A stretch of DNA of 64,000 nt from an uncultured Acidobacteriota bacterium. GTDB taxonomy: Bacteria; Acidobacteriota; JAQAZP01. The stretch spans positions 1,824,001-1,888,000 of the forward strand of contig CAWIIB010000009.1 in assembly GCA_963836075.1 (NCBI GenBank). Direction: 5' to 3'. The first letter of the stretch is position 1; every line of letters starts with the position of its first letter. The notes under the pieces were generated by a model. That model did not search any database. It saw only the letters and a list, made by a program, of their open reading frames with translations, and had not been told where the DNA came from. The translations under genes and the position numbers were made by a program. Positions 38,812 through 47,296 of this stretch are shown here, piece after piece.

Positions 38812-39618
38812 TCAGATGCCGGGGGGGCGGTAGTCCATGGACAGCAGGCTGCGCAGCGGCGGGAAGAGCGGTTCCGGAAGCCGGTCCCATTGGAACCACT
38901 CCCAGCCGTCACAGAATTCCGGCTCGAGGTTTTCGGGCTCTCCATAATTCCAGTCCGCGGTGACATAGAGGGTCACGTACTGCTTTCCGTGGGCTTCGAA
39001 CATGTTATTGGTGAAGGCGGCATGCCGGACCTGCTGGATTTCCATCCCGGTCTCCTCCCGGGTTTCCCGCCGTGCGCACTCCTCGATGGTCTCGCCGAAC
39101 TCCAGGTGCCCGCCGGGACAGGACCAGCTCCCCGCACCGTGGGCATTGCGCCGCTTCCCCAGCAGCACTCGGCCTTCCCGCAGCACAATGACGCCGATAC
39201 CCACGCCGGGCCGCTTCACCTCCGGAGCGCCAGGTGCCGGCAGGTGGTTCTGCACAGCGGCGCCGGCCAGCGCGAGGATGGTCTCCATGAACTCGGGCGA
39301 ATCGGAAACCGGCGGCAGAATGTGGATCTTCGTCTGTGGCCGCTGGACCCGCACTGCCCGGACCTGTTCCTCGATGTCGCGGTGCGTGGCTTCACTCACC
39401 GCCATGAAGAGCGGCAGAAGGCGGATCTGTTCAGTGCCATCGGCAAGGGCGGCGTCCACCGCATCGAGCAGGGTGGGGGGGACGAACTGCTGGTAGGCGA
39501 GCCTGATCCGCCTGTCACCGTAACGGCGCTTCAATTCGGTTTCCAGGTTCTCGAAAACCAACCGCCATTTCGGGTCACGGCTGCCGTGGGGGAAGAGGAT
39601 CAGGCACGATCGATTCAT
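38812..39618 (-). CDS. CbiX/SirB chelatase-like domain fused to a NUDIX hydrolase (NUDT15/MTH2-like)
   Basis: N-half LFPHGSRDPKW..LAYQQFVPPTL..LLPLFMA..H..DI. C-half RPGVGIGV..GKRRNAHGAGSW..PGGHLEFGETIEECARRETREETG..PENLEPEFCDGWEWF. Confidence 0.75.
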   Translation of the reverse strand: MNRSCLILFPHGSRDPKWRLVFENLETELKRRYGDRRIRLAYQQFVPPTLLDAVDAALADGTEQIRLLPLFMAVSEATHRDIEEQVRAVRVQRPQTKIHILPPVSDSPEFMETILALAGAAVQNHLPAPGAPEVKRPGVGIGVIVLREGRVLLGKRRNAHGAGSWSCPGGHLEFGETIEECARRETREETGMEIQQVRHAAFTNNMFEAHGKQYVTLYVTADWNYGEPENLEPEFCDGWEWFQWDRLPEPLFPPLRSLLSMDYRPPGI

Positions 39619-39636
39619 CTCGGTGAATCCTTGGGT

Positions 39637-40599
39637 TCAGGCGGCAGGGGTGCTGCGGATCTCGGCCAGCCGTTGGCGCATTTCGGACAGGTTTGACACC
39701 CGGACGGCCCCGATGTTCTCCAGTGCTTCGGCGTAGCCTTCCGCTGATTTACCTCCGGCCAGCACCGTTACTTCCGGGGGCAGAAGGGAGCCCAGCTCCC
39801 TGATCTGTTCAGCCACCCGCGGGTCATCAGCCGGGTAGACGATGCTCAGGGCCACCACCAGGGCATCACTGTTCCGTACCGCCGCCGCGATTTCACCAGC
39901 CGGCAGGTCTGGCCCGAGGAAGGCGACGCGCCAGCCGTCGGTGAGCGCATACAGGGTGGCTGCCTGGGCCCCGATCTCGTGCCGTTGTCCCACCGGCGTG
40001 GTGACCAGCAGCAGCGGCGCCGCCGCCGGAGGTGAAAAGGTGCGGATCTGGCTGCTGAGGAAGGCGATGATCGAGGCGGAAGCCAGGTGCTCCTGGGAGA
40101 CCCGGAGCGTGCCCGAGTGCCAGCGCTCGCCAACCACCCGCATCAGCGGCAACACCATATGATCGAGGAGCACCGGCAGAGTCAGGGCGATGGCCGCACC
40201 ATTGAGTGCACTGTCCAGTGCAGGGCCGTCCATCCGCTCCAGGGCCTCGATGCAGGCCTGGAGGTGTGCTTCGGGGGCGTGGCGGTCCGCAGCCGGGATC
40301 TCCGAACCGGATCCGGCTGTCGATCCGGCCATACCGGTATCCTGCCCCGCCTCCTTCACCATCTCCCTCAGTTTTTCAGTGGGCAGTTTGGCCACCTGGC
40401 CGATGCTGTATCCCGCTCGGGTGATCCGGGCCAGCAACAGCAGCCGCTCCAGGTGCGCTTCGGTGTAAACCCGGCGGTTGGTGGGGGTGCGGACCGGTTC
40501 CACGGCGTCGTAGCGCTTCTCCCAGGCCCGGATGGCGTGGGCGGTGAGACCGGTTCTCCGGGCCACCACCTTGATCGGGTATGTTCGTTCGTTGTCCAT
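39637..40599 (-). CDS. carH: CarH/LitR-type B12-dependent photoreceptor repressor (MerR HTH + B12-binding)
   Basis: YPIKVVARRTGLTAHAIRAWEKRY...R.Y; VGERW(x9)EH; B12 motif GQRHEIGA...LGPDLP...VALS...LAGG. Adjacent to photolyase. Confidence 0.85.
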   Translation of the reverse strand: MDNERTYPIKVVARRTGLTAHAIRAWEKRYDAVEPVRTPTNRRVYTEAHLERLLLLARITRAGYSIGQVAKLPTEKLREMVKEAGQDTGMAGSTAGSGSEIPAADRHAPEAHLQACIEALERMDGPALDSALNGAAIALTLPVLLDHMVLPLMRVVGERWHSGTLRVSQEHLASASIIAFLSSQIRTFSPPAAAPLLLVTTPVGQRHEIGAQAATLYALTDGWRVAFLGPDLPAGEIAAAVRNSDALVVALSIVYPADDPRVAEQIRELGSLLPPEVTVLAGGKSAEGYAEALENIGAVRVSNLSEMRQRLAEIRSTPAA

Positions 40600-40605
40600 G
40601 TGCTG

Positions 40606-40634
40606 AAGATATCCTATTGTCTAATGAACGTCAA
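40606..40634 (-). promoter_or_regulatory. carH promoter with overlapping 11-bp-spaced operator repeats
   Basis: Minus strand TTGACG-TTCAT-TAGACA-ATAGGA-TATCTT (17-bp spacer), only 6 nt from the ATG. Confidence 0.6.
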
Positions 40635-42091
40635 TAATTCGTATGTGCCCCGTCTCCGCCCCGGCCGCGAACGGCCCTGAAAGCGGCGATGGCGCTCAAC
40701 CGGGCGGCGGCGTGGTCCACCACCGGTTCCGGGTAGTCGATGTGCCGCCGTTCGGTCGCCGGCAGCAACGAGGGATCGTGAATCGCCGGGCCGGTGATGC
40801 CCTGCAACTCCGGCAACTGGCTGCGGATGAACACGCCATCGGGGTCGACTTTTCGGCTCTGGCTCGTGGGATTGAATATCCGGAAGTAGGGCGCCGCATC
40901 GGTGCCGGTTGACGCCGACCACTGCCAGCCGCCGTTATTGCTCGCCAGGTCGCCGTCGATCAGCTGCCGCATGAAGTGACGCTCCCCGCGGCGCCAGTCG
41001 ATGAAGAGGTCCTTGGTCAGGAACATGGCCGTGATCATTCGCAGCCGATTGTGCATCCAGCCGGTGTCCCGGAGCTGCCGCATCCCGGCGTCGACGATGG
41101 GAAACCCGGTGCGCCCCTCGCGCCAGGCCTCCAGGCCCGACTCGTCCTCACGCCAATCCAGTGTCTCGGTCTCGGTGAGAAATGCGCGGTCCATGCTCAC
41201 CCGGGGGAAGCCGACCATAACGTGGCGGTAGAACTCGCGCCAGGCCAGTTCGCTGATCCAGGTGTCCCCGCCACGGCCGCCCCGCTGGAGCCGGTCCCGG
41301 TTCTCCCCCAGGGCCGCCCGGAGGCACTGCCGAACCGAGACCGCCCCGACGGTGAGGTAGGGCGAGAGCCGGCTCGTCCCATCCAGGGCCGGCCGGTCCC
41401 GCAGGTCATGGTAGTCGGCCAGCTGCTGCTCAGCGAATCTTTCCAGACGTTGAACGGCTGCGTCCTCCCCGGCAGGCCAGAGCCCAGAGCGATGGGCCGA
41501 GGTCTCGAAACCGGGTACGGACAGTGGTATGGGGTCGGGGGGCGCCGCCAGTTCCGGCATCCGCCGGGGCGTGCCTGACGGATCCGGAATCCCCTTTTCT
41601 TTCAGCCGGCGGTAAAGCGCCTTTCTGAAAGGTGTAAACACCCTGTAAAAAGCACCGGCCCCGGTTCGCAGTTTGCCAGGCTCCACCAGCACCTGGTCGG
41701 TGAAAGCACGGGCCGTGAAGCCCTCCCCGGAAAAGAGGCGCACGGCTTCGGTATCCCGACGGGACTCGTTGACTTCGTATTCACGGTTGAAAAAGAGGGC
41801 ATCACAGCCGAATTCCCGGGCTGTTTCCAGCAGCAGGGCGGGCACGCCGCCGAATCGCCCGGTGTTGCGGATCAGCAACGGTATATTCAGGCTGCGCAGC
41901 TGTTCGCTCAATAGCTCGAGGGTTCTCAGCATGAACGAGACCTTCACCGGCCCCCAATGGTGTTCCGCCCACTGGCCGGGAGTGATCACGAACAGGGCAA
42001 CCGCCCCCCTGTCGGCTTCCAGGCAGGCCTGGTGAACCGCAGGGTTGTCGGTGGTGCGGAGGTCTGATCTGAACCAGATGAGCGGTCTCAT
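40631..42091 (-). CDS. phrB: Deoxyribodipyrimidine photolyase (class I CPD)
   Basis: WFRSDLRTTDNPA, TSRLSPYL, ELAWREFY, TGFPIVDAGMRQL..TGWMHNRLRM, NNGGWQWSASTGTDAAPYFRIFNP. Confidence 0.93.
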   Translation of the reverse strand: MRPLIWFRSDLRTTDNPAVHQACLEADRGAVALFVITPGQWAEHHWGPVKVSFMLRTLELLSEQLRSLNIPLLIRNTGRFGGVPALLLETAREFGCDALFFNREYEVNESRRDTEAVRLFSGEGFTARAFTDQVLVEPGKLRTGAGAFYRVFTPFRKALYRRLKEKGIPDPSGTPRRMPELAAPPDPIPLSVPGFETSAHRSGLWPAGEDAAVQRLERFAEQQLADYHDLRDRPALDGTSRLSPYLTVGAVSVRQCLRAALGENRDRLQRGGRGGDTWISELAWREFYRHVMVGFPRVSMDRAFLTETETLDWREDESGLEAWREGRTGFPIVDAGMRQLRDTGWMHNRLRMITAMFLTKDLFIDWRRGERHFMRQLIDGDLASNNGGWQWSASTGTDAAPYFRIFNPTSQSRKVDPDGVFIRSQLPELQGITGPAIHDPSLLPATERRHIDYPEPVVDHAAARLSAIAAFRAVRGRGGDGAHTNY

Positions 42092-42312
42092 CGAAATGCC
42101 CCTATTGAGGTCTGGCCCGGATGGCCAGTCCATTTGCCTTGCCTGATGTCTATTAATTTATACATCAATAATAGACAAAAAGTCAACATTTCATGGGTGG
42201 CAGAGGAAGCCTTGCGGTTTATTATCGAATAATTTTCTTGTCACAATTGAAATGGGCCGGAGTGCCATGGGCCCTGATTCTGCTGGTTGGGGTGATGCTG
42301 CACATCGAGTGA

Positions 42313-43244
42313 TCAGTCGAGGTCTTCGGGCAGGCATTCCATGGTGACGAAGCGGTCCTCGGGCCAGCGGAGCACCACCAGCATCCGGCCGGCGTGCGAG
42401 CCGTAGTCGAGGCAGGCCGCCCGGTGGTGGGGGGGATCCAGCCCGGATCGGCCGGGGTGGACCCGTCGCGGCTGTCGGTCCAGGGGAACTTGTAGTGACC
42501 GAAGAGGATTTTCGGCTCCCCGTCGTATGACGCCCACCAGGCCACTCTCTCCTTGTAGCGGATTTTCCCCCGGTGGTCCGGGCGAGGCTCGCAGGGCACC
42601 TCAGCACCCTTGATGCACTGCTCGATGGCAACGAAGTACGGGTCGGCAGCGTGCTTCAGACCGTCTTCCAGGGCCGGGTCGTGGTTGTCAGCCCACTCCC
42701 GGTTTTCCGGGGGTGTGGTGGAGGTGCGGTAGAGTTTCTCCGGTGTGTCAATGAACAGCGGCAGGTCGTCGATGAAGTCCGCGTCCCAGCAGGCGTGGAT
42801 CACCCGCAGCTTCCCGCCGTCAAGTTCCAGACGGGTGGGGATCTGTTCGATGAACCGCCGGGCCCGCTCCCAGCGTGAGCGGTCGGCTTCGATCTGGGCC
42901 AGGGTGGAGGCAAACTGTTTGGTGTTGTCCGGCGACCGCCGGCGCAGCGGCGGGTCGGCCATGTAGTGCAGCGCGTTCAGTTCGTGGTTGCCCATCACCG
43001 CCGCTGCGCAGCCGTCACCGGCCATCTCCTCGATCAGTTCCAGGCAGTCCAGCGGGTTCCGGCCATCGTCCAGCATGTCGCCCACCGAGACCAGCTGTCG
43101 ACCCTCGGGGTGCTGCCAGCGGCCATCCTCCTTCACGTAGCCCAGACGTTCCACCAGTCCCTGCAGGGTGGCGATCCGCCCGTGGACGTCACCGACGATG
43201 TCATACCGTTCGCTCATTCTGCGCTCAATGATGATCGGTTCCAT
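42313..43244 (-). CDS. Calcineurin-like metallophosphoesterase (PrpE/ApaH-like); frameshift in a homopolymer near 42430
   Basis: DIVGDVHG, VGDMLDDG, MGNHE, IHACW, FGHY; the tail AACLDYGS..LRWPE lies in ORF 42313..42537. Confidence 0.8.
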
Positions 43245-43259
43245 TTACCGAAGCTATTT

Positions 43260-43787
43260 TCATATCACAATTGCGCGGTGATTCCCACGGTTTACCGGGG
43301 TTTCACTGGTGGGGGATTCAGCGGTGCGGTGCCCGAACAGGGCGGTCAGTGCATTACGCCGATAGTCGAAGATCTGCCGCAGCTGGCGGTGCACCATCAG
43401 TGCGTGGGCGGCACGGCCCAGAGGTCCGAAAGGCAGAGCGTAATGAATCAGGTCGACGGTCCGCACACCGCCCGCCGTTTCCTCGAAACGGTGTTGATGA
43501 TGCCAGAAGCGGTAGGGGCCGAAGCGCTGCTCATCGATGAAGAAATGCGGCCGTTGCGCCTGGGTTATCTCGGTGACCCATTCCAGCGAGATCAGCGGCA
43601 GCGGCTTGATGCGGTAGGTGATGATCATTCCGGCATGGATTTCCGAAGCGCTGTCCGGCGAGGTCATTCGGAATCCCAGCGAAGGCGGCGTGATCTGTCC
43701 CAGGTTGCGCGGGTCGGAAAAGAAACGCCAGGCCTGGTCCAGGTCGATGGGCAGGTCCTGCGTTTTCTGCATACGATAGATCTTCAT
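43260..43787 (-). CDS. SRPBCC family protein
   Basis: FFSDPRNLGQITPP, WVTEIT, FIDEQRFGPYRFWHHQHRF, IFDYR. Confidence 0.88.
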   Translation of the reverse strand: MKIYRMQKTQDLPIDLDQAWRFFSDPRNLGQITPPSLGFRMTSPDSASEIHAGMIITYRIKPLPLISLEWVTEITQAQRPHFFIDEQRFGPYRFWHHQHRFEETAGGVRTVDLIHYALPFGPLGRAAHALMVHRQLRQIFDYRRNALTALFGHRTAESPTSETPVNRGNHRAIVI

Positions 43788-43808
43788 GATTCAACCTGAA
43801 TGAAAATA

Positions 43809-43839
43809 GCCGGGGCCGGGGCATCGCCCCGACCCCGGC
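43809..43839 (-). terminator. Hairpin/terminator after the fasciclin gene
   Basis: GCCGGGGCCGGGGC-ATC-GCCCCGACCCCGGC, followed by TATTTT on the minus strand. Confidence 0.5.
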
Positions 43840-43869
43840 GCAAGCCGGCGTAGCGCCGCGTTCAGGCGC

Positions 43870-44376
43870 TTACTTGGGCAGGACGACGCTGTCGATAACG
43901 TGGATCACTCCGTTGGAGCAGCTGATGTCTGTGGTGACCACTTTCGCACTGTCCACCATAACGTTTTTGCCGTCGAGGCTGATGGAAAGACTCTGGCCGT
44001 TCACGGTGGCCGCCGAGTCGAGTTTGACCACGTCACTGGCCATCACGTTGCCCGGAACCACGTGGTAGGTCAGGATCGCCTGCAGCTGGGCCTTGTTCTC
44101 GGGCTTGAGCAGCGATTCCACGGTGCCGGCGGGCAGTTTGGCAAAGGCCTCGTCAGTGGGGGCGAAGACGGTGAACGGGCCGTCGCCCTTGAGGACGTCG
44201 CCAAGGTCGGCGGCGGTGACCGCGGCCACCAGGGTGTTGAAAGTGCCGGCGGCCACGGCGGTGTCCACGATGTCGCTCTGATGCTTGGCGCCGCAGTCGG
44301 CCATTACCGGCTGGATCGAAACGAGCGTTAGAACGGTCACGGCCAGGGCGCTGATGATGGTGCTTTTGAGCTTCAT
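43870..44376 (-). CDS. Secreted fasciclin (FAS1) domain protein
   Basis: Signal peptide; [44 protein letters not shown]. Confidence 0.92.
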   Translation of the reverse strand: MKLKSTIISALAVTVLTLVSIQPVMADCGAKHQSDIVDTAVAAGTFNTLVAAVTAADLGDVLKGDGPFTVFAPTDEAFAKLPAGTVESLLKPENKAQLQAILTYHVVPGNVMASDVVKLDSAATVNGQSLSISLDGKNVMVDSAKVVTTDISCSNGVIHVIDSVVLPK

Positions 44377-44511
44377 TTTTATATCTCCTCTATTCTGTTT
44401 TTTACCGGAGCGTTTCTTCTTCCTCCGGCGGCTGAGTTTCTGTGGACCCGACTGCATGGTTTTACCGGTTGTCCTGCCCGATGCACCGCCGGATCTCTTG
44501 CTTGCGGGTAT

Positions 44512-44566
44512 AATATACAAGATCTGTCCATTGCGTGTCAAGCTAAAATCTAAAAAACATTAGACA
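44512..44566 (-). promoter_or_regulatory. Fasciclin promoter with four 11-bp-spaced CarH-type repeats
   Basis: Minus strand TAGATT / TTGACA / TGGACA / TGTATA at plus coordinates 44547, 44536, 44525, 44514. Confidence 0.65.
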
Positions 44567-44755
44567 CTTGTAGCTATTGCAAATATTGGCCTTAATTGAA
44601 TTCTTCCAGTCCTCTGGCCCTTTTTCAGGCATATTTCGCACAAGATTGGCGGTGCAGGCCGGCATTGATCAAGGCTCTTTCGGCGATTCCGGACGCCGGT
44701 TGGGTGTATACTATCCGGGTCCATTTCATGACGATCAACGAACCGCGAGGTGATC

Positions 44756-45727
44756 ATGTCAGCACCGAGCCGCTCCCTCTCTCTGGCCCTCGCCCTCCTC
44801 TCGCTCGGTATCTCCGCCACCGGATGCCTGCGTTCGCTTCCTGCTCGAAAGTATCCCGGCCCGGGGACATACAAGCAGAAAATGGACCTCAAGGTCGACC
44901 ACTTCCACCGCAGCTACCTGGTGCACCTGCCTCCAGACTCCACGGCGAGCGAACCGCTGCCGCTGGTGGTGGTGATCCACGGCGCCTTTGATTCGGGAAA
45001 GAAGATGGAGAAGCTCACCGGGTTCAGCCGCATCGCCGACCGCGAGGGTTTCATGGTTCTTTATCCCAACGGCATGGGCCTGTTCAGCCTCTTCCGTCAC
45101 TGGAACTCCGGCCACTGCTGCGGCCGGGCCCAGGCCCTCGGCGTGGACGATCCCGCCTTTCTGGAGACCGTGATCGGTGAGGTCCGTGAGCGGTTCACCG
45201 TCGATCCGGCGCGGATCTACATCGTCGGCAATTCCAACGGCGGCATGCTGACCCACCAGATGGCGGCCCGGGATTCCGATCTCTTCGCCGCGGCCGCCGT
45301 GGTCTCGGGCACCATCGGCGGCCGGCCCACCGCCGCCGAAGACGTCTGGCAGATCCCCCGTCCGGAGCAGCCGGTGCCGATGATGCTCTTCCACGGCCGG
45401 ACCGATGACATCATCCCCTTCGAAGGCGGGGATGACCGCCGGAGCAAGGAGGGCCGCACCTATCTGTCTGTGGACCAATCGGCCCGCTTCTGGGCCGCGG
45501 CCAACGGTGCGGCACCCGAGCCGGAGGAGGCGGCGCTCTACGACGGTCGTGTCGTTTTCAGCCGTTGGGGCGGAGAGGATGCGGCGCCGGTTGTGCTCTA
45601 TTCCATCGGTGAGTGGGGTCATGTCTGGCCCGGGAACGCCACCATCAAAAGCGGGAAGGACCCGGACCTGGCCGGGTTCGATGCCGCCGAACTGATCTGG
45701 GAATTTTTCAAGACGCAGTCGAGATAG
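44756..45727 (+). CDS. LpqC/PHB-depolymerase family esterase, probable lipoprotein
   Basis: ATGC lipobox, PLVVVIHG, WNSGHCCG, GNSNGG nucleophile motif, FHGRTD, GHVWPG. Confidence 0.85.
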   Translation: MSAPSRSLSLALALLSLGISATGCLRSLPARKYPGPGTYKQKMDLKVDHFHRSYLVHLPPDSTASEPLPLVVVIHGAFDSGKKMEKLTGFSRIADREGFMVLYPNGMGLFSLFRHWNSGHCCGRAQALGVDDPAFLETVIGEVRERFTVDPARIYIVGNSNGGMLTHQMAARDSDLFAAAAVVSGTIGGRPTAAEDVWQIPRPEQPVPMMLFHGRTDDIIPFEGGDDRRSKEGRTYLSVDQSARFWAAANGAAPEPEEAALYDGRVVFSRWGGEDAAPVVLYSIGEWGHVWPGNATIKSGKDPDLAGFDAAELIWEFFKTQSR

Positions 45728-45793
45728 AATTCGAAAGAATGTGCAACACGGCGGAATGGGTCGACCCGATCCACCCCGCCCTTACCCGAGGAT

Positions 45794-46747
45794 ATGATCG
45801 TGGACCAGATACGGATCGGCATCAGCAGTTGCCTGCTCGGTGAGGAAGTACGATACGACGGCCAGCACAAGCTCGACCGGTTCTGCCGCGACATCCTCGG
45901 GGAATACGTGGAGTATGTCCCGGTCTGTCCGGAGGTGGAGTGCGGCATGCCCATCCCCCGGGAATCGATGCACCTCGAGGGGGATCCCGAGGCGCCGCGG
46001 CTGATCACCACCAGGACCCGCAGGGACCTCACCGACCAGATGATGACCTGGGCCAACCGGCGGGTCAGGGAACTGGAAAAGGAAGAACTCTGCGGGTTCA
46101 TCTTCAAGAGCCGTTCGCCCAGCAGCGGCATGGAGCGGGTCAAGATTTACGACAGCAACAAGATCCCGAAGAACTCCGGCTCGGGGCTGTTCGCCGGCGC
46201 TTTCATGAAGCACTTCCCACTGCTGCCGGTGGAGGAGGAGGGCCGGCTGCACGATGCGGTGCTGCGGGAGAACTTCATCGAGCGGATCTTTATCTTCCGG
46301 CGCTGGCAGGAGATGACCACCGGCCGGCTCAAGCGTGGCGACCTGGTGGACTTCCACTCGCGGCACAAGTTGGCCATCATGTCCCACAGCCCGAAGCACC
46401 TCAAGCAACTGGGCCCACTGGTGGCCGCGGCCAGGTCCATGCCGCCGAAGGAGCTGTTCGCCGAGTACCAGGCGATACTCCAGGAAGGCCTGAAGCTGCG
46501 GGCCACGGTGCGCAAGAACACCAACGTGCTGCAGCACATGATGGGCTATTTCAAAAAGGTGCTCTCCCGGGACGAGAAGGCCGAACTGCTGGAAGTGATC
46601 GAGCGCTATCACTCGGAGTTGGTGCCGCTGATCGTCCCGCTGACCCTCTTCAACCACTACGTGCGCAAGTTCGAGGTGCCCTACCTTCAGATGCAGACCT
46701 ACCTCAACCCGCACCCCATCGAGCTGAAGCTGCGCAACCACGCCTGA
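45794..46747 (+). CDS. DUF523 + DUF1722 (YbgA / 2-thiouracil desulfurase-like) protein
   Basis: GISSCLLGEEVRYDG, VCPEVECGMPIPRE, KSRSPSSG, EEEGRL, FHSRHK, NVLQHMMGYFK, YLNPHP. Confidence 0.9.
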   Translation: MIVDQIRIGISSCLLGEEVRYDGQHKLDRFCRDILGEYVEYVPVCPEVECGMPIPRESMHLEGDPEAPRLITTRTRRDLTDQMMTWANRRVRELEKEELCGFIFKSRSPSSGMERVKIYDSNKIPKNSGSGLFAGAFMKHFPLLPVEEEGRLHDAVLRENFIERIFIFRRWQEMTTGRLKRGDLVDFHSRHKLAIMSHSPKHLKQLGPLVAAARSMPPKELFAEYQAILQEGLKLRATVRKNTNVLQHMMGYFKKVLSRDEKAELLEVIERYHSELVPLIVPLTLFNHYVRKFEVPYLQMQTYLNPHPIELKLRNHA

Positions 46748-46791
46748 CGGGCGGTCCCGCGGGTGACGACGACGGAACTCGCTCCGACGCT

Positions 46792-47238
46792 TCAGTTATA
46801 GGAGCGCCGGGTCTTGCCATCGGTCAACGAAGGCTCCAGGACCTCCTTCCACAACGGGTCAGCCCAGGTGTTCATCCTTGTATGAGTGTCGTAATACGTT
46901 TGCGGAATGGGATGTGTGCCATACACCACTTCCAGACCGTGCTTGATCTGAATCAGGTCGTGAAAGTGCTGCAGGTGGGGGCAGGGAGGATAGCCCACCA
47001 GAAAGCCTGTGGCGAGATGGACGATCCCGACGCCGTTCGCTTTCATTTCTTCGATGGCGTATTCGATATTGCCGCCGGGGCAGCCGTCGCAGGTGGTGAA
47101 CCCCGCGACCTCCAGATCCGCACCGACATACCGGCTGAAGGCGCCTTCCCTGGCCCGCAATGCGCGGAAGCATTTGCCTCCGGTACACCGCCGGTAGCGG
47201 TCGCAGATCACGATCCCGATTCGTGTCGTCCCTTCCAT
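46792..47238 (-). CDS. CGGC domain protein
   Basis: IGIVICDRYRRCTGGKCFRA..GFTTCDGCPG..HLATG..YPPCP..VYGTH. Confidence 0.85.
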   Translation of the reverse strand: MEGTTRIGIVICDRYRRCTGGKCFRALRAREGAFSRYVGADLEVAGFTTCDGCPGGNIEYAIEEMKANGVGIVHLATGFLVGYPPCPHLQHFHDLIQIKHGLEVVYGTHPIPQTYYDTHTRMNTWADPLWKEVLEPSLTDGKTRRSYN

Positions 47239-47296
47239 GACATCCTCCTCCCCGGCTCTCGTTGACCGGGAGCCCCGCCGTCTCATGCCGGCGCCA

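Noticed and set aside
39637-40599. Metal-sensing MerR or corrinoid methyltransferase
   Set aside because: The W-x9-EH and B12 His motifs plus the photolyase context indicate CarH/LitR.
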